64,000 bases of DNA, taken from positions 32,001 to 96,000 of the IMG/VR virus record IMGVR_UViG_3300020442_000011; one strand, 5' to 3'. This document shows positions 36,977 through 45,917 of the stretch, piece after piece (within the stretch, counting starts at the first letter, position 1; each line of letters opens with the position of its first letter). This DNA comes from a virus. The notes under the pieces are model-generated. The model made no database searches. It was not told the DNA's origin and saw nothing but the letters and a program-made list of their open reading frames with translations. Both the position numbers and the translations under genes were made by a program.

Positions 36977-38294
36977 TTTTTTTATTCGTGCAATTAATGC
37001 TAAAATGGATTTCAAACGCGATTGGGTAATGAGCGTGTTTGGTATTCTCGATGAAAAAGAAGACGATTGGAAAACTAACCCTTACCCCTATCGACCGATC
37101 CGTACAGGTAAGGGTTATGGTTTCTTAAATCCAGTAGAAGATGGTTTCGAAATAGAAGAAATCGTTGACAGTCTTTATGAACCCCTAACACCCCTCGCTC
37201 GATGGTTAGAACGTTTTGAATTAGAGCCGGGTGAATTACCCAATCATCAGGGTGATAAATCAATCACCACCACATACGGTAATATCCTTACCAACCATTT
37301 GATGTTTTGTATTCCCTTTGGTAACGAAGTTCCTTTCATTAAAGGGGAGATGAATATCAACGCGATTGCTAACACGATATTTGAGAAGGTGGTAGATGAC
37401 CCTGAGGACGATGATGGTTCGCCTTCCCCAGAAGGGGTTATTTATAACCGAGAGTTCAGACTCTTCGGTGAACACGCCGAGTCACTGGTGTCGTATAATT
37501 CAATATCAGTGACGTCCGTTACACCTAAATCGTTAGTGGGTCACCCCGATGCCCGTAAACGTCGTGAGGCACTTAAGGAAAAATACAAGGATCGTTTGAC
37601 TGATCCGGTTGTTATTTCCAAAATAGGTGCTGAACTTGAAAAGCTTGATCGCGAATGGTTAAAGGGTGATCCCGCTGATAAGTTCTACCAGACGAATGAA
37701 GGTAAATATTACGGGAAGGTACGAAAGCGTCTCTTCTACATGTTCGGTGGGGAAGCGCCGTTCTCTGATGGTACGGTCATGCAGTTCATTGAACGCTCCC
37801 TAGAAGAGGGTATCCTACCTGAAGACCTACCTGCCATTATCAATTCTCTTCGTCATGGTACACATAGCCGTGGTTCCCAGACTCAGCTAGGCGGTGAGGC
37901 CACTAAAACGATCTATCGTATGGTTGGTACGTCACGCATCGCAGAGGATGATTGTGGTAGTAATCTAGGGGTCTACTTTAAGGTTTCTTCATGGAATCAT
38001 TATTTATTTACCGGATTCTATGAGGTGACTGCCAAAGGAAGTAAGCTTCTTACGGCAGAAGAAGTAAGTCAACGTGAAGGCGAGTGGATACAATTACGTG
38101 TTCCGACTACTTGTAAGACGGAAGGACGCAACCTGTGTGGTCGTTGTGTAGGCGTCGCGCTTGCCGAACTACCGGACGGTATTGCTGCCACGAGTGCTCA
38201 AACTTCCGGTGTTTTCTTGACATCGTTCTTGAAAGCATTCCACGGTAAAGAGCTTAAGACCAAAACGCTTGATATTAATCATTGGTTACGATAG
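36963..38294 (+). CDS. virion RNAP beta' C-terminal subunit (phiKZ gp80-like)
   Basis: SLEEG, RGSQTQLGG, EDDCGS, Zn site CKTEGRNLCGRCVG, FLKAFHG. Confidence 0.9.
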   Translation: MLKRDFFIRAINAKMDFKRDWVMSVFGILDEKEDDWKTNPYPYRPIRTGKGYGFLNPVEDGFEIEEIVDSLYEPLTPLARWLERFELEPGELPNHQGDKSITTTYGNILTNHLMFCIPFGNEVPFIKGEMNINAIANTIFEKVVDDPEDDDGSPSPEGVIYNREFRLFGEHAESLVSYNSISVTSVTPKSLVGHPDARKRREALKEKYKDRLTDPVVISKIGAELEKLDREWLKGDPADKFYQTNEGKYYGKVRKRLFYMFGGEAPFSDGTVMQFIERSLEEGILPEDLPAIINSLRHGTHSRGSQTQLGGEATKTIYRMVGTSRIAEDDCGSNLGVYFKVSSWNHYLFTGFYEVTAKGSKLLTAEEVSQREGEWIQLRVPTTCKTEGRNLCGRCVGVALAELPDGIAATSAQTSGVFLTSFLKAFHGKELKTKTLDINHWLR

Positions 38295-38303
38295 GAGTTA
38301 CAC

Positions 38304-39422
38304 ATGTCCAGCAAGAAATCAAACCAGCAAAACCAAAACAAGAATGACAATCAAGTCGAAGAATCTTCAGTTGAGGATAAGAACACTCAGGTGGAAGAAA
38401 CCCAAGAAGCCCAGGAACCTAAAATGGAAGACACGTTCCGTGAAAAGAACGACTTCGCTAAGAACTGGGATGACAAGGCAATCAATACTTGGGTATCTGT
38501 CATGGGTTCAGATAAAGCCTTTGTTGAAGATACCGACGTGCTTGTCTTTGACCCTTATCGGGAAAGTCGTCATCCTGAGGAATGGGAAACAAAAGAAATC
38601 GAAGCGTTCCTGAAAGGTAAACTGAAGAACGTTAAAGATAGCCGTCGGGGGGCGTTGATCGCCGAACTCAAGAAGCGCATCTCGATCGATCGCGCCTGGT
38701 CTGAGCAGGACATTCTCCAGTACTACCGCACAGGCGAAGAACCCAAGAAAACCAAATCGGGTGTTTGGTTGCGCGACATTACTCGTGATAATCGTAACGT
38801 AAGTTCCTGGACAGATGCGGAACTTACCGCTTGGGCGAATGAAGAGATCCACACCAACATTAACAGTCAACGTCTCATTAATGAGATCAACCAACGTTTT
38901 GACTTGACAATCCCAACAAACACCACTGACCGGCAGCGAATCAAACAAGCAATCCAGAATGATCAGAAACGTATTGCCGATAACGAACAAGCCAAAAAGA
39001 AAGGAGAGCTAACCGAAATGAACAGTGCCCACATCGAGTCCGTACTTAATCGCTACATCGAAGCTGTTAAGCCTGGTCGTGAAATCGACACGCAAACAGC
39101 CACGATAGCACAGAATCGACTCGAGTCGCTTTTTGCTTACGTTGTTAAGCTTGAAGGTCGTGCGATGGTCGATGGCCTGGATATGATCAAGAAAGCCTTC
39201 GTTGAACATCGCAACGGTGTTTTCGGACCCAGTGCGGCACAACGTTTCACGCATCTGGTGAAGGGTGATAAAGAACGTCACCTGGCAATGATTGAATCGT
39301 TCATGATTGTGTCCAGCCCTAATAAACATCAACGCAAGATGACAGATTTCAAAGCGATGTTCCGAAACTTCCCGCAAGACCAAATGGAGCGTCTTGCTGA
39401 TTACTTCGCGAATTACGCTTAA
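38304..39422 (+). CDS. conserved protein with repeated W-[S/T/D/E]-x-x-[E/D/A]-[I/L] motifs (gp81-like position)
   Basis: AGGAG SD; NWDDKAI, EWETKEI, AWSEQDI, SWTDAEL. Confidence 0.7.
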   Translation: MSSKKSNQQNQNKNDNQVEESSVEDKNTQVEETQEAQEPKMEDTFREKNDFAKNWDDKAINTWVSVMGSDKAFVEDTDVLVFDPYRESRHPEEWETKEIEAFLKGKLKNVKDSRRGALIAELKKRISIDRAWSEQDILQYYRTGEEPKKTKSGVWLRDITRDNRNVSSWTDAELTAWANEEIHTNINSQRLINEINQRFDLTIPTNTTDRQRIKQAIQNDQKRIADNEQAKKKGELTEMNSAHIESVLNRYIEAVKPGREIDTQTATIAQNRLESLFAYVVKLEGRAMVDGLDMIKKAFVEHRNGVFGPSAAQRFTHLVKGDKERHLAMIESFMIVSSPNKHQRKMTDFKAMFRNFPQDQMERLADYFANYA

Positions 39423-39466
39423 TCTTATAGTCACGTTCCTTAATGACGTCACTATACGATACTTCC

Positions 39467-39535
39467 ACCCCTCCCATTTGGGAGGGGTCTTTTTCGTGTT
39501 GGGACATAAAAAGTGCTCCCCAATGGGGAGCACTT
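39467..39535. terminator. back-to-back terminators of convergent units
   Basis: ACCCCTCCC-attt-GGGAGGGGT plus T-run, and AAGTGCTCCCC-aat-GGGGAGCACTT preceded by GACATA. Confidence 0.85.
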
Positions 39536-39540
39536 AAAAA

Positions 39541-40836
39541 TCAACGTGAGTTGATAATGTTGTCACGCACTTCATTGACCATTCGAGTAATACGCTCAAG
39601 CTTACCTTCATCTTTCAGTTCATCTTTAGTAACTCGGATGATTTGATTGATGTAGTGGTTTTCGTAGTTAATGTAAAGACCGATAATTTGAAGCTTGGTA
39701 TCGTTGATTTCTTTACAAGCGCTGATTACCTGACTTATCTTGGCAATTGAGCCGTTTAAGTCGTTAAGTGTGTCGGTTAATGTGGCGATCTTCTCTTTCC
39801 GTTCAAAACGTTTCATTGTCTTTAGGCGGCGTTGAAGTTCCCGGCACTCTTTAACGATGTCCTCAAAAGGCGTCACGGTAGACGTTTCTTTTCGAATTGG
39901 TTCATTAAAGATTTTATTGCTAATATCCATCCGACCTAAGGTGTTTTTACCTTGACCGTTTAACGTCTGGGAAGGATCAATAAAATCTAAAATGTCATTG
40001 GCGAGGATGTTTACTGTTAGTGAAATGTTATTGGCACTACGAATAGGTCCGGTGGGGGACTCAAAGTCGGTTTTAATTTTATCTACCGTACCCTTGAGTT
40101 CCTTAACAGTTTTAATGAATTCGCCGACTTTCTTTTCGATCGCTGCGGTGGCTGGGCGGGAACCAAAAGCAGACAACGTCGCAATGGTACGTTTCAAGTT
40201 CTCATGTTCGATGAGCTTTTCCGCGTAACCTTGCATTTCCGCTGCGATAGGTCCTTGTTTGCCAACCAGTAACTCGGCTTTGACACGAACTTCTCGGGCG
40301 CGTTCCCAGGCATTGTAACCTCGTTGGAGTTTACGTTCATACTTAGGTTCACCCCAAATATTACTTACTGCCCAATCCACCACACGACCAAGGAATGCAA
40401 TCAGTTTAGCAATCCACTCCTTTACGGTCTGCACCATGGTTTTAAGGAAGCTCTCTTGTGCAACTGACAAGCACGTACTGCTTCTTTCATCGGTGAACAG
40501 ACCTGACATGTAACTCTCATTGGAAACAGTCGTCAGGTCGACACCCATCTCTTGAAGTTTTGTCTGGATAACACCCAGCGTACGAAAGTCTTCTTTGCAG
40601 ATACCTTCAACACTTACCGTGTGGTCGAGAGCGATCAACTGGTTTGTGAGCGTGGTGAACGTATCAATCTCCGATGACGCCTCTTCAAGGGAGACAGACT
40701 TACCTGCTAGTACTTCTTGGTGCTGCTCCCAATATAATGGTTCGTCAATGAATGTACTTTCATTACTCACTGAAGGTGTGTCTTTTACGATGGGTTCACC
40801 ATCAAGTCCATATTGGACTTCATCATTATCAAACAT
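39541..40836 (-). CDS. internal head protein paralog with protease-cleaved propeptide
   Basis: acidic N-terminus with SLE/SVE/SNE/AQE sites, then KEWIAKLIAFL helix; ATG 40836 overlaps the upstream stop. Confidence 0.7.
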   Translation of the reverse strand: MFDNDEVQYGLDGEPIVKDTPSVSNESTFIDEPLYWEQHQEVLAGKSVSLEEASSEIDTFTTLTNQLIALDHTVSVEGICKEDFRTLGVIQTKLQEMGVDLTTVSNESYMSGLFTDERSSTCLSVAQESFLKTMVQTVKEWIAKLIAFLGRVVDWAVSNIWGEPKYERKLQRGYNAWERAREVRVKAELLVGKQGPIAAEMQGYAEKLIEHENLKRTIATLSAFGSRPATAAIEKKVGEFIKTVKELKGTVDKIKTDFESPTGPIRSANNISLTVNILANDILDFIDPSQTLNGQGKNTLGRMDISNKIFNEPIRKETSTVTPFEDIVKECRELQRRLKTMKRFERKEKIATLTDTLNDLNGSIAKISQVISACKEINDTKLQIIGLYINYENHYINQIIRVTKDELKDEGKLERITRMVNEVRDNIINSR

Positions 40837-41137
40837 GGTTTCTATTCCGGTATTCAAACAAACGTTGTCGTAAAAGATAACGCTCTGCTGATGCAATGTC
40901 GAGAAGCACCTTTTCAAACGCAATGGATTTCCCTTTTTCGAAATCAAAACGTCGCTTCTCAGCACAGATGGCGTCACCCACGAATTCGTGACCGTTTATC
41001 GTCCTCACGCAACACACTGTCACTCGAGTACCTGGAAAGTGATGGTAGTATGTATCTTTAATCAACGAGATTAAATAGTCACGTGTTAGACGTGGTGAAA
41101 TCAGAGCGTGTCGGACCGGGGAGGAATCATCGCTCAT
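40829..41137 (-). CDS. small phage protein (Gp49/66-like family)
   Basis: HHFPGTRVTVCCVRTINGHEFVGDAIC...FDFEKGKSIAFE pattern. Confidence 0.65.
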   Translation of the reverse strand: MSDDSSPVRHALISPRLTRDYLISLIKDTYYHHFPGTRVTVCCVRTINGHEFVGDAICAEKRRFDFEKGKSIAFEKVLLDIASAERYLLRQRLFEYRNRNHV

Positions 41138-41565
41138 TGCTCCTCCACATTGGAGCGAAACGCGTTCGCTACCTCACTAACAGCTGTTTTGATGCGTTCG
41201 TCTTTTACGATCAAAGACACCATGTTGTTATTCTCTTTATTAAAGAGTTCGGCTTGTTTAGTGGACTGCATGACGAATGCGCAAATGGTCTCGTCACAGC
41301 AGTCCGTCGCTACTTCATAGCGCGCTGTGTAGATAGACTTAAAGAGATCAACAGCCAGATTGATATCGAACAGAATATACTCGTTGATATCCTGGAGAAT
41401 ATCTTTAAAACGTTCTACTTCAGTTTCCAGTGTTTCTTTAAAATCAACCTGTGGGTTGATAACAGTTGCGTAGGCTGCAGCCCGTGCTACAACGAAAGCG
41501 CGAAGGCGACGTTCATTAACGTCCATGCTGGGGATGTTTTTCAGTACTGTGGCAATGGCGTTCAT
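41134..41565 (-). CDS. conserved hypothetical protein
   Basis: AAGGA SD, 143 aa. Confidence 0.7.
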   Translation of the reverse strand: MNAIATVLKNIPSMDVNERRLRAFVVARAAAYATVINPQVDFKETLETEVERFKDILQDINEYILFDINLAVDLFKSIYTARYEVATDCCDETICAFVMQSTKQAELFNKENNNMVSLIVKDERIKTAVSEVANAFRSNVEEQ

Positions 41566-41584
41566 TTCTCTATCCTTTCTTGGG

Positions 41585-42820
41585 TTAGCGTAAATATTGC
41601 TGTAACTTTGAATGTGTTACGAACAGATCATTATTGAGAAAAGTCTCAAGTTGTCGTTCAAGACGCAAGTGTTGTTGATTTCTACGTCGCTTGGGACTCA
41701 AGAACATACCTACTATTTCCACCGTGATAGGTATTTCATAGAGGGGTTTCATTAATTTATCGAAAGCTTCGATATCGTCAAGTAATTGTTTCTTGCGTTT
41801 CGGGTCTTTAACATGCGTTAACTGGGCGATTGTATCGCGTCGCATCTTTCTTGCTCGCTCAACTGGGTTATCATAAGAAGAATTGATATCCGAATGTTTC
41901 ATGAATTGACACGACACCCAACTAATCGTTGCGATGTTTATTCCAGGTAACAAAAGAGTAGGGATAACTGCGACCGATCTCAACCACTCGATACGGCGAC
42001 TCTTTTGTGTGCCTGATATTCTAGTGACTGCTCTTGCTAATGGTAATCCAAACCCAAGACGACTAGCGAACCAATCAGCCAGTTGTTCATCGCGTTTTAA
42101 GGAGTTGGCGTCTGATACCGAACTAATCCATCCGCGACCTGTATCGGTGTATAATCCGACGATTGCCTTTCTAACCGTGGTAACAGAAGGGTCTTTTTTT
42201 ATTTCTTGGGCGGTTTCTTTATCGACGTTATCTGTCAGTTGTTTGAGTGTCATTCCTTTTACAGAATACGTATCGGCTCGTGTTCCCAACATTACCTCAA
42301 CACCTTCCTGAAGGTAATAGGACATCCAGACATAATCACCAATCGTAGCAAACGCCCAAAAGAGATGACCAACTTCATGGAGGATCATAGCGGTGAATTC
42401 ATCATCATCCCAAAAGTTCATCGCGCTATCGCCAATGATTAAATAGGCGGGTATCTCAGTGAAGGTTCCTTCCACCTGCACTTTGGTGAGATCAACCGAA
42501 CCTTTAACGTATTTTAAGATGGCTGGGTCTTTTTGGAAGAGAGGAGTCCTAACGACAGGGTTCTTATTGGTGGAGTTGTGATTACCTGCAATATTGACCG
42601 TCCCCGCTGAAAAATTAAAACTATCCTGACGTAGACCAACAGACACCTTTATTTTAGTATTCCGTCGGATTATTTCCTGAATATCAGCAAGGAAATCTCT
42701 TGTTGATAATGTGTTGTTATCCTTATCAACATATGCTTTTTTAACACGGCTATAAACTTCAGTCGCTAGTTTTGATTTATGGTTGACGTTGATCTGCTCA
42801 ACAGACACCGTATTGTTCAT
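41585..42820 (-). CDS. putative virion zinc metallopeptidase (HExxH, M48-like)
   Basis: AMILHEVGH plus downstream EQLADWFASRLG; N-terminal SVE site; ATG 42820 with AGGTG SD. Confidence 0.65.
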   Translation of the reverse strand: MNNTVSVEQINVNHKSKLATEVYSRVKKAYVDKDNNTLSTRDFLADIQEIIRRNTKIKVSVGLRQDSFNFSAGTVNIAGNHNSTNKNPVVRTPLFQKDPAILKYVKGSVDLTKVQVEGTFTEIPAYLIIGDSAMNFWDDDEFTAMILHEVGHLFWAFATIGDYVWMSYYLQEGVEVMLGTRADTYSVKGMTLKQLTDNVDKETAQEIKKDPSVTTVRKAIVGLYTDTGRGWISSVSDANSLKRDEQLADWFASRLGFGLPLARAVTRISGTQKSRRIEWLRSVAVIPTLLLPGINIATISWVSCQFMKHSDINSSYDNPVERARKMRRDTIAQLTHVKDPKRKKQLLDDIEAFDKLMKPLYEIPITVEIVGMFLSPKRRRNQQHLRLERQLETFLNNDLFVTHSKLQQYLR

Positions 42821-42902
42821 GTGGCACCTAGACGGGTAAGGGTAGTCATAGGATAGGTGGAATTTACCTGAAGCCTTTATGTTGTAGGAAGAGGAGTTAC
42901 AC

Positions 42903-44702
42903 ATGACCGACAAACCTAAACTCGTTGGTATCGAAGCCAAACATATTACTTATGTCCCCGATCAGAACGGGGGTAATCATGATGCTTTGTTCATTAAAGA
43001 AGTTGGACATTTCAGTGATGGTAGTAAACGACCGCGTTTAAAACGGATTGATGATTATAAACGCCCCTACTACGTCACTATGCCAGGTAAGCAAGTTCAC
43101 AAGGATAAACGCGATTATGAACTTGCTTCCAACCTCCGTAAGTTTTCATCGACACAAGTTGAACTAGCACGTAACATAGCTCGTTCTCTCAATGATTGGT
43201 CTGGTGGTCCTAATCCACGACTAAGACAGCTTTCTAGAAGTCCATACTTGTATGGATCGGATGTTACACCCCCTACCTTAGTTAAAGCAGAATACCGCGA
43301 GAAATGGCCGGGTTTGTTTAGCTTTAACAAAGTGGCAGCTGGTGATACCGAGACTAACGTTTTTAGTGATGATCAAGAGATCATCCTTATGTCTGTCACC
43401 TATAAAAGTAAAGCGGCTCTTTTCTACTTAAAGAGTTTCGTGGATGGCGAAGAAAACGTTATTGAGCGCACGCATGAATTAGCCAAGCGTGAAATTGGCG
43501 ATGTTCTCAAGGAACGAAACATAGACCTTGAGGTCATGATCTGTGATACGCCAGGTACCATCGTCAAAGAAGCGTTATCACGACTCCATGCATGGAAACC
43601 CGATTTCTTCACTTTCTGGAACATGGACTTCGATATCACAAAAATGATGGAGGCTATGGAACGTGAAGGAATTGATCCGGCAGATTTATTCTCCGATCCT
43701 TCCGTACCGCCAAATTTCCGTTATTTTGAGTATAAGAAAGGTAACACGCAAAAAGTGACGGCCTCAGGCAAGACGATGTCTATTGCTATCGAGGATCGTT
43801 GGAACTGGGTGACGCACCCAGCGATGTGGCAAATGGTCGACAGTATGCCAATCTACCGCATCCTTCGTGTGGCTGATGGTAAAGATTCGTCCTATGCGTT
43901 GGATTATATTCTTGATAAAGAGGGCCTCGCTAAGAAGCTTAAGATCGTTGACCTTAAGAATGCCAGTGGATTACGCTGGCACGAAATCATGCAAGAGAAA
44001 TACAAAATCGAATACGGGGTGTACAACTTATTCGATAGTATCGCTCTTGAACTCTTAGACGAAAAGACGAATGATCTTGGATCAAACATCAGTCTTCATT
44101 CTAAGAACTCAGATTACAAGAATTTCAACTCTCAACCAAAACGTCTATGCGACGATATGCATTTCTGGCATTTACGCCAAGAGATTCCAGAGGTCATTGG
44201 TTCTTCTTCAGATCAGGCGGAAGATGAACTCGATAAGTTTGTTATCGGACATTCGGATTGGGTAGTTACATTACCGTCTTACATGGCATCACCCACCGGT
44301 ATCAAGTGCGTTAAGGATTACCCTGACTATTCTACCATGATCTTCGTCCACGTATCTGACTTAGACGTGGTATCGACGTATCCCAATGTTTCTCAGCTGC
44401 TCAATATTTCACGTAAAACGTGTGTATTTGAATTCTCACGGATGAAGGGAATAAGCGAACACCACCGTCGTGAAGTAGGGGTCAATCTAACGGGTGGACG
44501 TGTTAATGCTGTTGAGATAGGTCAGAAGATTTTAGGTATGCCAGAAATGGATGAACTAGTCAGTGAATTCTGCCAGGAAAACGGAATAGCAGCACCACTA
44601 GTGGATAGTCGTTACATTGTAGCTGCACCCCTCGAAATGAAACACCCCGAAGAAGAGTCAGTACCTGATCAAACGATGTTGGATGACGTCGTTACCCATT
44701 AG
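42903..44702 (+). CDS. family-B DNA polymerase, exonuclease plus motif-A half (phiKZ gp82-like)
   Basis: ExoI GDTETN, ExoII FWNMDFD, ExoIII YNLFD, motif A DLDVVSTYP; GAGGAG SD. Confidence 0.85.
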   Translation: MTDKPKLVGIEAKHITYVPDQNGGNHDALFIKEVGHFSDGSKRPRLKRIDDYKRPYYVTMPGKQVHKDKRDYELASNLRKFSSTQVELARNIARSLNDWSGGPNPRLRQLSRSPYLYGSDVTPPTLVKAEYREKWPGLFSFNKVAAGDTETNVFSDDQEIILMSVTYKSKAALFYLKSFVDGEENVIERTHELAKREIGDVLKERNIDLEVMICDTPGTIVKEALSRLHAWKPDFFTFWNMDFDITKMMEAMEREGIDPADLFSDPSVPPNFRYFEYKKGNTQKVTASGKTMSIAIEDRWNWVTHPAMWQMVDSMPIYRILRVADGKDSSYALDYILDKEGLAKKLKIVDLKNASGLRWHEIMQEKYKIEYGVYNLFDSIALELLDEKTNDLGSNISLHSKNSDYKNFNSQPKRLCDDMHFWHLRQEIPEVIGSSSDQAEDELDKFVIGHSDWVVTLPSYMASPTGIKCVKDYPDYSTMIFVHVSDLDVVSTYPNVSQLLNISRKTCVFEFSRMKGISEHHRREVGVNLTGGRVNAVEIGQKILGMPEMDELVSEFCQENGIAAPLVDSRYIVAAPLEMKHPEEESVPDQTMLDDVVTH

Positions 44703-45083
44703 CTGAAGTATCGTGAAGGAAAAGGTGGGTACGAGGTATCTACTAAAGGTGATCGTCGTTTCTCAGCCCTTGTAGCCCGTCTATCGGACGGGTATACCAT
44801 CGAAGAGCACTACCAGCTTCGTGTAAAGGGATACGGTACTTTAGGTATTGACCATTGGAAGAAGGGAAAAGGTAAACCGCCACGAATACGGTTTGATAAA
44901 GATGATCTTTACCGCGCTTATTTTGGATTATGGGAGCAATGGGCGCTCGAAAATCCAACACTCATTGAGGAGTTAAAACGCCATGCTGACCACCACAACA
45001 AAACCCTCAGCGACTGTTTCAGTCATGGACGCCCTGTCAATCAAGCAAGAGCATTATCTGAAATACTCGAACGTGGTATTTAA
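44683..45083 (+). pseudogene. conserved-looking phage gene without an intact start (frameshifted or recoded)
   Basis: 126 open codons at 44703-45083 (GYEVSTKGDRRFSAL...IEEHYQ..VKGY...LWEQWA.ENP.L...VNQARAL); ATG 44683 reaches them only with one extra base. Confidence 0.6.
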
Positions 45084-45348
45084 AGCACCACGTTCTGCCG
45101 GTAAATCTACATCTTCAGATTTACCTTTGTATTTAAATGCAGAATTCTTTAAGAAAAACACTCACTGGTTAATGCTAGAAGTTAATAATGAATTAAAGGA
45201 AGTTGAGCGTTCTGAAAATAGTTGCTTTATTAATCTCCGAATTCTATCGAGCATGAGAGTGTTGTTCTGGTTGGCATGCCTCATAGATAGGAACTGCTAC
45301 CTCAATCATAAAATCCAGTACGTTTCTTTTGGAGGTGGGGTAAAATGA
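45073..45348 (+). CDS. hypothetical protein
   Basis: 3' part of ORF 44983..45348; GTG 45073 overlaps the previous stop. Confidence 0.4.
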   Translation: MVFKAPRSAGKSTSSDLPLYLNAEFFKKNTHWLMLEVNNELKEVERSENSCFINLRILSSMRVLFWLACLIDRNCYLNHKIQYVSFGGGVK

Positions 45349-45779
45349 AAGCATTGCAGTTTTATTTCGGTGACGGCAAAAATGATAACCCAGAAAGAGT
45401 GTCTACGGAGTGTTTTCCTTTGTCGATCGAGAGGGAGAATTATGTAAGATCCTTAACGGATTACTGGCTTTGGGGATTAACTATTGGCCCTGGTAAACGT
45501 TCCGAGTTATGTGGATACCCACGACAAGTTGAAGAACTAAGCAATGCTATTTTAACATCAACGACCCACAGACATTGGCGAAGTTTAGTTTTGGATATAC
45601 ACACGCCATACAGCCCATTGCTAACAGCTCTGATGTCAATAACCGCAAGTAGTTTATCAGTACTCACTGTATTGATACACGAAACATCAAGACTTCCGTT
45701 AACTCTTTTTCACCGACTCGAAATGAAAAATCGTTTATGGTATAATTATCTCCACAACGACCTGGAAAAAATTGATTAA
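45345..45779 (+). CDS. hypothetical protein
   Basis: GGAGG SD, ATGA coupling. Confidence 0.55.
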   Translation: MKALQFYFGDGKNDNPERVSTECFPLSIERENYVRSLTDYWLWGLTIGPGKRSELCGYPRQVEELSNAILTSTTHRHWRSLVLDIHTPYSPLLTALMSITASSLSVLTVLIHETSRLPLTLFHRLEMKNRLWYNYLHNDLEKID

Positions 45780-45881
45780 CCTCGCTTCTTACATAAGTGA
45801 TTTAAGCATGCAAACGATTATTATCGGTCTATCAATAGGATGAAAGTTTTTCGACTTGGACCGGATCAAATAAATGACATA

Positions 45882-45912
45882 ATTGCCTCCCCTAATGGGG
45901 AGGCAATATGCC
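45882..45912. terminator. bidirectional terminator
   Basis: ATTGCCTCCCC-taat-GGGGAGGCAAT, flanked by GACATA and TATGCC. Confidence 0.8.
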
Positions 45913-45917
45913 GTGTT

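Noticed and set aside
44700-44702. Genome-wide amber (TAG) reassignment as an explanation for the in-frame ORF after the polymerase
   Set aside because: Long genes are intact under code 11, and TAG ends several genes at natural boundaries (4729, 18801, 31032, 38294, 52632, 63599).
44743-44961. 72-aa minus-strand ORF
   Set aside because: It lies antisense to the more protein-like uncalled plus-strand frame 44703-45083.
45073-45115. Walker-A-like KAPRSAGKST
   Set aside because: The ORF is only ~91 aa with no Walker B, so an NTPase call is not supportable; at most a remnant.
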